Positions 52,201-62,498 are shown, numbered from the stretch's first letter. The stretch: 64,000 bases of DNA from Deltaproteobacteria bacterium TL4 (GCA_051382335.1 JBBCAX010000033.1:32001-96000), one strand, 5' to 3'. Program-made: numbers and translations. Notes: generated from the sequence alone by a model not told the origin.

Positions 52201-55030
52201 CGTTGAGTTCTCGCATGAGAAAGGAGTAAAACCCTACTTGCCATTTTTGACTGTATTGAGGGGTTTGGCTCCTTTTGATATCCCCAATTTGCAAAACGGG
52301 CAGGTTTTCTTTCATCGTAAGTTGAATCAAATCAGGGATTCCAACTCCGTCCAGCCGTAATGCAGGGTGAACGCTCAACAAGGACGGAAGTAACATCACC
52401 GCATGTGAGAGTATGAACGTTTGAGAGGGTTCCTGCCGGATTTGTTGGATGCAATGTCTTAGGTATTTCAGCGAGGCTTGAAATCGTTCTTCCAGGGACA
52501 TCCTCTCTCCTGAGGAGTGATACTCTTCAATGGTGACCATTTGATCGCAATCGCTTTTCAAATGTTCCAAAACGTTTTGCTCAAATTGCTTCCCCAACTC
52601 CATGCGGAGTAACTCCAGCTCATTATCGACCGGTGTTGATCTCGCGGGAGCCTGTTCCGTTGGTAAAAAGCAAAAGGACAACCACCGCTCACATTGTTGT
52701 TTCCGGAAGTAATCACCAATGAGGGTTCCTGTGATGGAACGGGGACGATAAGCGAAGGTGTCAGGCCACTTAAAAGAACGGTCTTCTTGCGTTTTCCAGC
52801 GTTGCTTTTCCTCCTCCAATAGAAAGGCTGCGGCTGTTTTTTCTTTGAGAGCCACCACGGTTTGATCTTTTTGAGGCTCTTGAATTTTGAGCCAGCCCAA
52901 TTCACCCGAAACCCCTTCAGACGAAGCACTGAGGTATTGATCAAAAGTTGTTGCTAATCGAGCGTCATATAGAAAATCAGTAACTTCATCCAGTAAAACG
53001 TCTAACGGTAAAAAAGTAGAAAACGCATTAAGTGGAAATAAAGCGCAGAGTATTTTGAGGTGTGGGGCTGCCCAATTCCGAAACGCTTTTTTGCTGGTGG
53101 GAAGCGGGAGCCCTTGAAAGTTAACAAGATGCGAACATTCTATGCCTGTCTCATCTCCGGCAATGCTAAAGTCTTCCTGTTTTGCCAAGGGACTTCCCTC
53201 AAGGATCCTTTGCAGAATCATATTTCCGATTGCGCCGATAAAGGTGTGATAACGATAAAGTCCGGTGAGACTTCTTCCCAAACGCATTCCATTGGCAAGC
53301 GGCAGGGTTTGCTTAAATTGTTCCCGCTCAATTTCCAACAAACGACGTGTACGGCTAAAGAGTCCCCATTCACTTTCCTCTCCTTTGGTAAGGTCTGATT
53401 CCAGAAAGTATTGAATGGCTTGCGCGACCTCATAAGATACCCGGGATCCTGCTCCCAACCAGAAAATCTCTTTTGAACCGATTTGAGTCGCAGGCAAGGC
53501 TAGCACTTTATTTTCTTCACCCTCAATAATTTCAATAATTTGAAGGCGTTTTCCCGCCAATTGAACACAATCGTTGACTTCCAATTGCTTCACAACCGAT
53601 TTAGGTAAATCCGCAAGGGATTCCTTTTCCATTTCCAGGAGGTATTCTTCTTCGGTTTCAGGAAAGTTACTCCAAATTTTCCGCTCCAGATAATAATCAC
53701 GATAACGCCAACTGCCTTGAAATAAACCACGTACTGTTTTTTCACGGATCCATCCTTGTTTGCTCATGTGCGAAAAAATCAAGGGTAACTCCGAGTGTTG
53801 GTCAGGAAACAGTTGTTGTAAAGATTGCAAGGAGAGTTGTTTTTTTTCATAGAGGCAGGAAAGGCTTTGTTGTATCAAAACACTTGGAAGTTGTTTCGTT
53901 GAGGGGTGTTCAATCCGCCCCTCTCTGGCTAATTTCAATAATCCCAGAAAACGCAAAAGTTGTCGCTCCGGTTGGGGGCCCCTACAAATTCCCCAGAAAT
54001 GAACATTGTTTTGGCGGCGATTTGCCCGTCCAATGCGCTGCAGAAAATTCATTACAGATTCAGGTGGTTCATAAAGCAGAACGCCATCAACGTTCCCGAT
54101 ATCAATCCCTAATTCCAAGGTACTGGTTGCAATACAGAGCGCGTGTGTTCGTTTTCGAAACCGTTCCTCCACGCCTCTTCGTGCTTGGGATTTCAAGTTG
54201 GAGTAATGAAGCTCGGTAACGCCCATGAACGAGCCTGATTGATTCAGAATGGCTAATAAACGGTCACAGGTTCCACGATTATTGGCAAAAATCAGGATTT
54301 TTTGATAGCCCCAGGTTTGATAACAATCCTCCAAAAGCGCAACCAGCTCTCGTTCATCATTTTTGAGAGAGACGATGTGAGGAATGATATTTCGTTGGGT
54401 CAGAGAACAGCATCGAAAAGTATTTGGTTGGAAGTTAAAAAAACGGATCACTCCCTCGATATCTTCAATCGTTGCGGAAAGTGCGATTTTTTGCAAAGGA
54501 CGGTTTATTCGGCATTCCAAACGTCTCAGCAGAAAACTGAGTTGTTTCCCCCGGTAGGTTTCGAAAAAGGTATGAACCTCGTCAATAATAACCATCCGGA
54601 TTTGCTTCGTGTAGGACCGCATATCGGCATTATTGCTGCCAAGAACAACATCCAGCGATTCTGGCGTGGTTAGCAACACATCAGGGTTTCCGCCGCCAGT
54701 CCGCTTTACATCACCGGTGCGAAGTCCGAGAGAAAGCTCCAAACGAGCTAGTGTCGGGGCGAGCCTTCTCTCCAGATCCATTGCCAACGCACGGGTCGGA
54801 ATGAGGTAAAGAATTTTATTTTTCTGTTGGGAACAGATGAGTTGTTCCACACAAGGGGCAAGAACCGCCTCTGTTTTGCCGGAACCTGTCGCTGCTTGCA
54901 AGATCACATCCCGGCCTTCCAACAGGGGGGCAATCACTTCGATTTGAACCGAAGAAAGTTGCGTGAAGGTGCCGTAAAAAGCACGATAAGTATTGGGGAG
55001 CAGGAGCAGAGGAGAGGCAAAATGGCTCAT
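49253..55030 (-). CDS. Fusion of Lhr-like SF2 helicase, PD-(D/E)xK FeS nuclease and Dna2/UPF1-like SF1B helicase
   Basis: ATGSGKT, DEVH, LSAT, LELGIDIG, QRIGR; C...PD...DIK...QVGFY...CTSCPWFDYC; GPPGTGKT, DEASQ, GDVNQLPP, YRM, QGAERD, NVVITRAK. Start probably MSHF at 55030. Confidence 0.85.
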   Translation of the reverse strand: MSHFASPLLLLPNTYRAFYGTFTQLSSVQIEVIAPLLEGRDVILQAATGSGKTEAVLAPCVEQLICSQQKNKILYLIPTRALAMDLERRLAPTLARLELSLGLRTGDVKRTGGGNPDVLLTTPESLDVVLGSNNADMRSYTKQIRMVIIDEVHTFFETYRGKQLSFLLRRLECRINRPLQKIALSATIEDIEGVIRFFNFQPNTFRCCSLTQRNIIPHIVSLKNDERELVALLEDCYQTWGYQKILIFANNRGTCDRLLAILNQSGSFMGVTELHYSNLKSQARRGVEERFRKRTHALCIATSTLELGIDIGNVDGVLLYEPPESVMNFLQRIGRANRRQNNVHFWGICRGPQPERQLLRFLGLLKLAREGRIEHPSTKQLPSVLIQQSLSCLYEKKQLSLQSLQQLFPDQHSELPLIFSHMSKQGWIREKTVRGLFQGSWRYRDYYLERKIWSNFPETEEEYLLEMEKESLADLPKSVVKQLEVNDCVQLAGKRLQIIEIIEGEENKVLALPATQIGSKEIFWLGAGSRVSYEVAQAIQYFLESDLTKGEESEWGLFSRTRRLLEIEREQFKQTLPLANGMRLGRSLTGLYRYHTFIGAIGNMILQRILEGSPLAKQEDFSIAGDETGIECSHLVNFQGLPLPTSKKAFRNWAAPHLKILCALFPLNAFSTFLPLDVLLDEVTDFLYDARLATTFDQYLSASSEGVSGELGWLKIQEPQKDQTVVALKEKTAAAFLLEEEKQRWKTQEDRSFKWPDTFAYRPRSITGTLIGDYFRKQQCERWLSFCFLPTEQAPARSTPVDNELELLRMELGKQFEQNVLEHLKSDCDQMVTIEEYHSSGERMSLEERFQASLKYLRHCIQQIRQEPSQTFILSHAVMLLPSLLSVHPALRLDGVGIPDLIQLTMKENLPVLQIGDIKRSQTPQYSQKWQVGFYSFLMRELNARGVFSEPLQISSTGFLMTPSQESGSEAILHEFELAPFWASFPALWENIRNTLLQLPQKAPYRLEVPCTSCPWFDYCYHHSLGEQEILFLPGITAGILEKIRLQHLHSLTQVESYFSKEQTSDSIDDGLSPNQRERLMAKTKSLQTGQFYLREPVTRLFPANLSLSLFIQTLEDPLSRKSCGLGWCVTDNTGTVLQNQTWLFFDEEQSSHFRKTFIPQLIKVWDKGRSEGQTPHLFYFRESDWLSFQNIFVDSELSFLWNPQRQHSTSLSHLIFSHFDFPIPGEMTLYALSRVTGISLNQLPPESLFHQDSWSNGSIANDPDEKTRQAMEVTLKQRLQVLLAVWKWLSPHLRSEWNQQDSSPNLDPTRGLKDAYLNFIENEKRLREDDILQLQKLSFQERVERFRSLGPLEFEKMVLDEEGRFLYLFRIKGPNRSSKFREGDFLKLAPLSLSDLQKGIPVILENYDRSQNQICLRSRQGKINLNKNAGYSLEEDLTDWNTNKLFHGVQIVLSEDHNHPLFHLLSGGWSFKQDEDALTWAEQWLKRFSQISGLNETQQQALKQAFQYRLSLIEGPPGTGKTHLLGWILIALVLHAQQNNRPMRIVVSALTHQAIDQVLRKVLQLLNQHSLREFPAPCFKWGRWSEDSPQPFGDRTVQLLNDVNELAEHPYAILGATGFGLYQLFEGKDGDFPPVFDWVIFDEASQVLVPQALLSLLYGKGNFLFLGDVNQLPPIVIGRYDAEKEQVYLKDSILAHLMKHYDAPLQSRLNVTYRMNKELCEFPSQTWYEGALYPHLSNQNSRLKLSRFQLTDPYGPILNPAQPVSLVLLDHRGSGQKCVPEMELLVEFTKTLIMEYEVSPEQIAIITPHRAQNNAILEKLQPLMEEHHFQRPLIDTVERIQGAERDVILFGFTVSDLDQIEGEFLNNPNRFNVVITRAKKKLVVVGSSVFFYNIAHSEEALKSNLCFKKFMEHCQQKNSIHTLS

Positions 55031-55411
55031 TAAAATTCGTCTGTAAATAATAACACAACAAGTCGACAGAAATTGGTTGAAGCAAATAGAGGGGTGGCCC
55101 GACTTCACCAACTTTTATTCCAGCACCCTTTAAAGTCAAGGTATAAGCGTGGCACAAGAGGTCAATCACTCTCTTCGGATCAAAAACTGGTCATTACGTG
55201 ATCGCTTATATTGTGGACTGCTGACACCATTTTTTCGACTCATTGGAAACAAATTTTTCACACCCTTTTCCTTTCCTGAAAAAAAAAAACTAAAAAAGTG
55301 TCAGAAAATTCTTTTTTTTACTTCCTTTTCTGAAAATTTTGAGATAAATGGCTTTATATGAGATGAGATTTTTAACTTAGGGGAGTTATTTACTTTATTT
55401 AAAAAATAGGA

Positions 55412-58400
55412 ATGGTCATTATGGAAAGATTTTTCGTAAAAATCGTACTAATTCTACTCAGTTTGCTAATCCCTCTTTGGTTTGTTGCTTGTGAGGGCAA
55501 AAAGAATGACTCGACAGATCCCAAAAATGCTGCTGAGGCGACTGGTGTCATTACTGGGATTATCAAAGATACCTCGACGAATAAACCCCTGAAAGGTGTC
55601 GTGATCTCTGCGGTGGCTGGAGAGGCTACTTTTACCGCGGAATCTGCCATCGATGGTAGCTTTATTCTGGAAATAAAACCGGTTCAAAGGACGGATGGTT
55701 ATGATGTTCAGTTTTCCAAAGAGGGGTATGAAGCGGCTACAAAATCTGCGGTTTTCGATCTGCCAAATTTGCGGGTGGAGTTGGGAACGGTACTCTTGAC
55801 TCCGGTCAGCACTGAGAAGACTCCCTCTGGCAAAATTATTGGTCTTGTCAAGGATTCAGCTACCATTAAAGGTATAGCTGGAGTCAAAGTCTCCGTAGAT
55901 GTTAAAGGGACCATCGTCACTACCGATACTGACTTAACGGGTGCCTTCACACTAGAGGTGAAGGGAGCACAGGCAGGAGAAGGTTATAGTGTGCAATTCT
56001 CAAAAGATGGATATCAGAATGCGACAAGAGCCGCCAGCTTTGATCAAAAATTGGAAGTGGATTTGGACGTTGTTTCTCTAACCCCGTCCACAACAAGTGT
56101 CACTTCAGGGGGTACCACTTCAGGGGGTACCACTTCAGGAGGGACTACTTCAGGAGGGACTACTTCAGGGGGGACTACTTCAGGGGGGACTACTTCAGGA
56201 GGGACTACTTCAGGAGGGACCACTTCAGGGGGGACTACTTCAGGAGGGACTACTTCAGGAGGAGACGCTTCGGAAGATGTCATCGAACCCACAATCAAGA
56301 CAGGTGTGATCCAGGGGACAATTAAGGATAACTCGGGTAGTCCACTGAAAGAGGTACAAATATTTTTAAGTATTGGAACTTCCACACTTAATATGAAATC
56401 GGGAGTCGATGGTACTTTTTCCATGAGTGTTGAAGGCGTTCAAGAAAATGAAAATTACAAAATTGCCTTTAGTAAAGAAGGCTATGAAAAAAATTCACAG
56501 GTGATCAGTTTTGATACCTCCGATTTGAAAGTCGACATGGCAACGGTTTCCTTGACTAACGAGGATATCACACCTGTAGAAACGCACGCAGGTCAACTGA
56601 CCGGGATTGTTAAAGATGTTGTTTCTGGAAATCCCCTGGAAGGGGCAAAAATATATGTATTTGTCAATGATCTCTATTACGCTGCGTCGGGAGTTGATGG
56701 CGCGTTCGCACTGGAATTAAATGGAATCCAGGATGCCGCGGCTTCTGCGATTCTGATTAAAAAAACAGGATATCAAGACTTCAGTAATACGATCCTTTTT
56801 GCCTCACCCACTTATAATTTGGAAATGGGAGTTGTTTCCTTATCTCCAGTTCAGGTGGTAGCCGAAAAGAAAATTGTGGGTACGGTCATTGACAGTTTTT
56901 CCGCTTCCGGTTTGGCCAATGTCTTGGTAACCGTTCAAGATTCAAAGTCAGCAACCAAGACGGCTCTTACCAACGAGAATGGGGAATTCAGTATTTCTGG
57001 AAAAGATTTTTATCTGGAGAGTTCTTATACACTGAGTCTGACCAAAACCAATTATGTCGAACGTTCTGATGTCAGCGTAACGATCAGCGGGGATACAAAC
57101 CTCATTGATAAAAGTATTGTTCGACTTTATAAGCAAGCTGGAAAAATTAGTGGCGATATCAAGGATGAGGCTACAGGTACTCCTCTAAAAGATACGGTTG
57201 TAACCGCTACGGACAGCCTGGGCGCTGAAGTCTCGGCAACGACAGACGCACAGGGGCACTTCACACTGGCAAGCGATTACTTCCTTTTGGGAGAAACTTA
57301 TCAGGTTGTTGTTTCCGGAGGTTCTGATTTTCACCCTACGCAAACCAGTGTTAAGATTTCTACAACGTCGGATCAATCGCCGAATCTCATTAGTGAGGTT
57401 ACGCTTTTGAAACCTGTCAGTGTATCCGGAATCGTCAAAGACACTAACGGAAATCCCATTTCTAATCTTAAGGTAACTGTTGAGGGACTTCCGGATGAGG
57501 TCATCACGGATGGTGAGGGCAAGTTCACGCTTTCTGGGACAAGCTATCTGAGAAACACGGCCTATAAACTGACATTTACGAAAGAAGGTTATACTTCTGA
57601 AACAGTAACCTCCTCACTCCTTGGTACTGGGGTAAACATCATGGGTGATATCCAACTTGCGGCTGAAGTCACAACGCCTCCCGTGGAACAACCCTCTTCT
57701 GGCTGGAGGAGCCTTTCCGGAAAAGTCGTTGATTACTGGAAAGATGCGATAGGTTTGAGTCCGACCGCGCTTCAGGATGCCACTGTGAAAGTGACAGACG
57801 ATGGCACTGCCATCCGTTCTGATCTAACCGATGCGAATGGAAGTTTTGAAATCAGTGGAAATTTTACTGTCGCAAAAAATTATACGCTGACTATTAGCAA
57901 AAGTGGTTTTACCGGAACTCAGGAAATGGAGCTAAAATCGGAGGTAACAATGGGCAACGCTCCTTATACATCAGGAACATTCGCCCTCTATCCTCTTGGT
58001 GTGTTTACTAAACTCAAACGATCCACGGATAGTAGTTCAACTGAACTCAATTTGAATCAACAGTTGAAACAGACTTATGAAAAATTTCTCACCGGCAAAA
58101 CAGGTTTTACCTTATCGGCCCGGGATGATAACGATCTGAATAAGGCCAACACCTTCTATATCCATCTGGATGACAGTTCTTTTCCCTCTTCATTACCCAG
58201 TGGTTTGGGCAAGCATTCCAATTACCTGGCAGTGGGCGGAGCCCAGAAAAAAGGTGCCTTGACGGAAGGCCTCGGCAGTGACTCCCGAATTACAAATACT
58301 CAATGGGAAGGAACTACCACAAACTGGGGTTTGAAGAATTTTGTATTGTATCACTTTTATGCGGCTCAGGCTGGGACTTATACCATTGAAACTACCAGTT

Positions 58401-58885
58401 CCACCGATACTGTTCTGATTCTCTATGATGCCTCAGGTACTAAAAAGATTGAAGATGACAATAGCGGTACCGACAAAAACGCAAAAATAACCTATACGGT
58501 GCAATCTTCTGACTCAGGTAGTTGGTATTTTGTCCAGGTTAAAGGCGCGAATGACAGTACTTTTGGTCTTTTCGAGATCCAGGTATCAGGACCTGAACTT
58601 TCAGCTCAGATAACCACTTTGCCGCAAACGTGGGATACCACTACTGCCGATAAAGGAATTGTCCTTTCCTGGTATGATCAGGCTTATCATAAGCTTTATA
58701 TTGCCGCTCCTGATGAAAGCGTTTCTTCCGGTTCTATTACGATCAGCCATTTTGGTGCTATTGGAAAAATTGTCCGAGGGCAATTCCCCAAAGAGGGTTC
58801 TGATGGCGTCATGCGAGCGGTAGACGACAGTGGGGCAACCGTTGAGATTCAAAAAGGTTATTTCAACATTCTAAGAAGCGAGTAG
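55412..58885 (+). CDS. Large lipoprotein with about 7 carboxypeptidase-regulatory-like beta-sandwich repeats, a TTSGG linker and a PPC-like C-terminal domain
   Basis: Lipobox FVAC; repeated G.V.D....PL..V.V...TD..G.F...SK.GY; YTIET...DTVL.LYD...EDDNSG. Confidence 0.85.
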   Translation: MVIMERFFVKIVLILLSLLIPLWFVACEGKKNDSTDPKNAAEATGVITGIIKDTSTNKPLKGVVISAVAGEATFTAESAIDGSFILEIKPVQRTDGYDVQFSKEGYEAATKSAVFDLPNLRVELGTVLLTPVSTEKTPSGKIIGLVKDSATIKGIAGVKVSVDVKGTIVTTDTDLTGAFTLEVKGAQAGEGYSVQFSKDGYQNATRAASFDQKLEVDLDVVSLTPSTTSVTSGGTTSGGTTSGGTTSGGTTSGGTTSGGTTSGGTTSGGTTSGGTTSGGTTSGGDASEDVIEPTIKTGVIQGTIKDNSGSPLKEVQIFLSIGTSTLNMKSGVDGTFSMSVEGVQENENYKIAFSKEGYEKNSQVISFDTSDLKVDMATVSLTNEDITPVETHAGQLTGIVKDVVSGNPLEGAKIYVFVNDLYYAASGVDGAFALELNGIQDAAASAILIKKTGYQDFSNTILFASPTYNLEMGVVSLSPVQVVAEKKIVGTVIDSFSASGLANVLVTVQDSKSATKTALTNENGEFSISGKDFYLESSYTLSLTKTNYVERSDVSVTISGDTNLIDKSIVRLYKQAGKISGDIKDEATGTPLKDTVVTATDSLGAEVSATTDAQGHFTLASDYFLLGETYQVVVSGGSDFHPTQTSVKISTTSDQSPNLISEVTLLKPVSVSGIVKDTNGNPISNLKVTVEGLPDEVITDGEGKFTLSGTSYLRNTAYKLTFTKEGYTSETVTSSLLGTGVNIMGDIQLAAEVTTPPVEQPSSGWRSLSGKVVDYWKDAIGLSPTALQDATVKVTDDGTAIRSDLTDANGSFEISGNFTVAKNYTLTISKSGFTGTQEMELKSEVTMGNAPYTSGTFALYPLGVFTKLKRSTDSSSTELNLNQQLKQTYEKFLTGKTGFTLSARDDNDLNKANTFYIHLDDSSFPSSLPSGLGKHSNYLAVGGAQKKGALTEGLGSDSRITNTQWEGTTTNWGLKNFVLYHFYAAQAGTYTIETTSSTDTVLILYDASGTKKIEDDNSGTDKNAKITYTVQSSDSGSWYFVQVKGANDSTFGLFEIQVSGPELSAQITTLPQTWDTTTADKGIVLSWYDQAYHKLYIAAPDESVSSGSITISHFGAIGKIVRGQFPKEGSDGVMRAVDDSGATVEIQKGYFNILRSE
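56099..56263 (+). repeat. 11 x 15-bp coding tandem repeat (TTSGG)
   Basis: AC(C/T)ACTTCAGG(A/G)GG(N) units. Confidence 0.92.
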
Positions 58886-58889
58886 AGAC

Positions 58890-59561
58890 ATGAAACATAA
58901 AACATTCCCGAAGATAGTTCCTGTTTTCTTGATGGTGTTCATGATTGGTGGCATATTATTCTCATTAAGCGCTGATCCAGGCCAGTTAGGAACAGGACAA
59001 CTAAAATTCAAAATTGGTGAAAAAGATTATTTATTCCTGAACGCACAGGGAACTGTTGAGACAAAAGCGGGTCAAAAGGTTATTACCGTCGGTCTGAAGG
59101 ATGCTCAACAGAAAACAAAATTATACATTACGGCTTTCCTTGCGGATGAAGCTTTGGAAAACCATCTCAGCACCCAGTATCATGAAATCTCCTTGATGTT
59201 CAAGGATCCTGATGCTTCTATTTTTGTGATGCCCGCTGTGCGTCTGGCAAGACAAACCAGTTTCCTCTATGCACAAAAAGTAGGAACAGGCAGAAACATA
59301 CGCTATGTAAGAACAGCTCCTGATTGGGCGAATATGTCTAGAAAAGAGCGGCTTGACACGGGTAAAGGGGTGATTCGTCGCAAGCAAATGGAAGATACCG
59401 CTTTCTTTCTGAATTTATATCCAACCTTGAAAAATGGACAACTCGTGGAACTAAAGGGGGTATTTTCCGGAGTGGTAAAACAGAAAAACAGTACCACCCA
59501 GGCAATGCAAAACACCACAATCAATGATGGCGAATTCCGCGTTATTGTTCAGCAGTATTAA
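58890..59561 (+). CDS. Exported hypothetical protein
   Basis: N-terminal signal or TM segment, beta-rich, basic; 4 nt after the lipoprotein stop. Confidence 0.75.
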   Translation: MKHKTFPKIVPVFLMVFMIGGILFSLSADPGQLGTGQLKFKIGEKDYLFLNAQGTVETKAGQKVITVGLKDAQQKTKLYITAFLADEALENHLSTQYHEISLMFKDPDASIFVMPAVRLARQTSFLYAQKVGTGRNIRYVRTAPDWANMSRKERLDTGKGVIRRKQMEDTAFFLNLYPTLKNGQLVELKGVFSGVVKQKNSTTQAMQNTTINDGEFRVIVQQY

Positions 59562-59608
59562 GTTTACTTTGTTGAGGTTTTTGACCCTATTTTTAAGAAG
59601 GTGTAAAA

Positions 59609-61096
59609 ATGAAAAAATGGAACTATAGACGCATAATAATTTTCGGTTTTTTTATGATGATTCCTTTCAGTATTTATTCCTATACTGACAACACTCATCA
59701 GAATTTTTCGGAAGACGCTCTCATTTTTATGGAAACAGAGGGTTCCAATCAGATGCGTTGGGTGGCTGATTATTACAAGGCCAAAGCGGGTGGGCGCTAT
59801 ACAGGGGTCTGTGAGAACAAATCGGATGAGACGAATCCTCTCGAATCTGCCAATGCCGGTCCGGAATGCGGAGCCATTGGTATTGCTCGGGTGGGTGGCG
59901 TAAAGCCTGATTATTTCCGTGATGTGTTCTGGGATGATTTTACGATCTTTCATTGGAACATTCCCAATCCTTTTTATAGAAACAATTTCACCTCCTGGTC
60001 CCATTTTATTAATCTCTTGCAAAAAGCGGATGAGGGACATGATATCGTTACCAACAACTATAACGATTATGATGGTTATTCTTATAATAACTCTTTTGGT
60101 TTTCCTTCAATGGGACTCGATTATGCTGTTGCTTCTGGAATGAATAACGCATGGATGACCATTGATCTGCCCCATTGTACCCATAGCAGATGTGCCGAGA
60201 GATATTCGATTGTCCCCAATCCCAATCCTGCGGTAGACTATAAGCAAAACCGTGCGACAACGTCTTTGGGGACACCTCAAACTGAGAAGAAATCAGGGGG
60301 TGGCAATGGCACGAATTATAATTGTTTTAGCGATTCATCTCTAGGGAATTGTCCTGATTCCGGTTATAGCAAAACCTGTAAATCTGCCAACTGCGGATGG
60401 TTTAGCTGTAGTGGGCCAAAGAGTGGGGGGCCTTTCCAAATTCCAGGTGACAACATTCATTGTGGAAAAGGCAAGAGTTGCAGTGACAGTGATGGAGAGT
60501 GTGGTCCGGGACAAGGTAACCCCTCTGTGAGTGACGAGGACTGGGTCATCTATGAGCCGGCTGACAATGCGGGAACCTTCTTTTATAATGAGTTTTTTCT
60601 GGAAGGAGGTACCAGTCGAAACACCCAGTTGGATATTGCTGCCGTTGCGGGACGGTATTATTCAATCCAGGGAAATGAGCTGATTCATGTGTTTGCGCCT
60701 TTACACTGGGCAGCGGATTCCGGAGTACAGCCTCACATCTGGGCCACGCTTGGCTATAACCATTCAGAGACGGAAACATGGATTGATGAACAGTATGGCA
60801 AACGGAAAGTGGGAGGGAACGATGTGAGTAAAAACTACGAAAATTACGACCATGTGAAAGCTTATCTTGCCTCACGACAGAATCACTACGAAGGTATTGA
60901 GCTGGATGATCTTTTTATGGAACAGGCCTTTCTGACTTATCACCTCCGATTGCGAAATGGCCATGATACCCAAAGTAACTCTGACGATGCCTCCAACAGA
61001 AACTATTATATCTGGGCCGTCCCTAATGTCATCACGACGGAAGCTCTGATTATTGAAAAGGGTGTGATGGATTTGAGAAAATATAAGGGTAACTAA
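59609..61096 (+). CDS. Secreted Zn-dependent phospholipase C/P1 nuclease-fold protein with a Cys-rich insertion
   Basis: Signal peptide then Y-T-D-N-T-H; PD; SHF; HWAADSGVQPH (HxxxDxxxxxH); HSETE (HxxxE). Confidence 0.7.
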   Translation: MKKWNYRRIIIFGFFMMIPFSIYSYTDNTHQNFSEDALIFMETEGSNQMRWVADYYKAKAGGRYTGVCENKSDETNPLESANAGPECGAIGIARVGGVKPDYFRDVFWDDFTIFHWNIPNPFYRNNFTSWSHFINLLQKADEGHDIVTNNYNDYDGYSYNNSFGFPSMGLDYAVASGMNNAWMTIDLPHCTHSRCAERYSIVPNPNPAVDYKQNRATTSLGTPQTEKKSGGGNGTNYNCFSDSSLGNCPDSGYSKTCKSANCGWFSCSGPKSGGPFQIPGDNIHCGKGKSCSDSDGECGPGQGNPSVSDEDWVIYEPADNAGTFFYNEFFLEGGTSRNTQLDIAAVAGRYYSIQGNELIHVFAPLHWAADSGVQPHIWATLGYNHSETETWIDEQYGKRKVGGNDVSKNYENYDHVKAYLASRQNHYEGIELDDLFMEQAFLTYHLRLRNGHDTQSNSDDASNRNYYIWAVPNVITTEALIIEKGVMDLRKYKGN

Positions 61097-61108
61097 ATAA
61101 GATCTATG

Positions 61109-61177
61109 GGTTCAGAGTTCAACGCTAAGATCGGTGAGCTCTGAATCTTGAACCCCTGAACCCTTAACCTCTGAACC
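61109..61177. repeat. Imperfect inverted repeat of GGTTCAG/CTGAACC heptamer arrays
   Basis: GGTTCAGAGTTC...CTGAATCTTGAACCCCTGAACCCTTAACCTCTGAACC. Confidence 0.5.
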
Positions 61178-61184
61178 ATCACTC

Positions 61185-62498
61185 ATGACCGCCCAATTCA
61201 AAAAAGTGCGGGTCGTCTCCGGACTCGCCCTGATGACCTTATTGCTCCTCATCGCCCTCTTTTTTTTTCTCAAGTTATCCGAACCAGAACCCGTTTTGAC
61301 CTTTCGAGGCGGAAGCATTTCTCAGAATACTTACCATTTTCTTCATCAAACCGAGTATGCCCATCTGAATGATGATGAATTAATTCAAAAATTAAAGGAT
61401 CGAGAAGTTCAGGGAGCTTTGGCGACCAAACAAGGTTTGAAGGATAACAAAATGTATCACTGGGCTTTAAATTTAAGAAGAAGAAGCCGATTGAGCCGGG
61501 GGGCTCATTTAATTTGGAGAAACTTGGATCCCGCCCATTCAGATGAAAATTTTGAGTATGATCAGATTTGGAAGGACTTGAAATTCGAGATAAATCTGGA
61601 TCACCTCTCTGAGCAAATTACTCAGTATGTGGACAAAAATGAAATTAATCCCCGTTTGAAAATCGATCCTGAGGACTTGATCGCAGGGCGTTGGAGTGAG
61701 GGGGAAATTACCTTGGCTATGTTGAAAAAGGAGATGTTGAGTGAAGAATGGGAACGGATGCTGACTTTTGCGCCTGTTCCTCGCAAACAGGAATTGAGCG
61801 CTGCACTGAAAACCGTGACTGATTTTTTTCTCTACAGTAAAGCGATCAAGCGGTTCCGGGCGGTTGAAGAAGAGCTGATTCGTCAGGATCACAATCACGT
61901 CGCTGCCATTTATCTCCCTGCCCGTTATGGTCAATCGGCGGGTGCTTTTCCGGTGGACCCCATTCAGATTGAGTTTAAGTCCACAGAATTATTTGATCAT
62001 TTTTTCAAAATCAAAGAGAGCTTAAAAAGAATTAATTGGGTCAAATGTCGTTATGTCGTGGTTAACGATTCAACAACCGCCGAACTTGTTTATGAACGGC
62101 TGAGAAATGGGGATCCCTTTTTATCACTGGCCGAAATCTATGCCATCAATAAAGATTATCTTCAGACGGCTGGTGAAATAAATCAGATCTACCGGGTTGA
62201 TCCCAAATATGGTTTGGAGCGGGATCATCTTCGTCCCTATATTGAACGTGTGATACTCTACATGGCAAAGGAAGAAATACGGTTGCCAAAGCCGCTTCCC
62301 CTGGATAAAGGTTACCTTGTCGCGGATCTTTTGAAGATAGAAAAAGAGAATGAGGAACTCCAATTTAAAGACTTTCGGATCATGGTCAAACTGGATCTTC
62401 AGAAAGAATTATTGGCACGTCAGTTTCCCATTGATTTGCAGGATATGCGACAGGAACTCAATTTTCAGCAATTTGAAATAAAACCGATACCTCAATAA
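61185..62498 (+). CDS. Membrane-anchored parvulin/PrsA-like foldase (degenerate)
   Basis: N-terminal TM; VKCRYVVVNDSTTAELVYERLRNGDPFLSLAEIYA resembles the rotamase motif. Confidence 0.55.
   Translation: MTAQFKKVRVVSGLALMTLLLLIALFFFLKLSEPEPVLTFRGGSISQNTYHFLHQTEYAHLNDDELIQKLKDREVQGALATKQGLKDNKMYHWALNLRRRSRLSRGAHLIWRNLDPAHSDENFEYDQIWKDLKFEINLDHLSEQITQYVDKNEINPRLKIDPEDLIAGRWSEGEITLAMLKKEMLSEEWERMLTFAPVPRKQELSAALKTVTDFFLYSKAIKRFRAVEEELIRQDHNHVAAIYLPARYGQSAGAFPVDPIQIEFKSTELFDHFFKIKESLKRINWVKCRYVVVNDSTTAELVYERLRNGDPFLSLAEIYAINKDYLQTAGEINQIYRVDPKYGLERDHLRPYIERVILYMAKEEIRLPKPLPLDKGYLVADLLKIEKENEELQFKDFRIMVKLDLQKELLARQFPIDLQDMRQELNFQQFEIKPIPQ

Noticed and set aside
49253..55030. Calling the helicase-nuclease part of BREX or CRISPR-Cas4
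   Set aside because: No brx/pgl, cas1/cas2 or array in the window
56099..56263. Regular repeat array as a possible CRISPR
   Set aside because: No spacers; 15-bp in-frame coding repeat; no cas genes nearby
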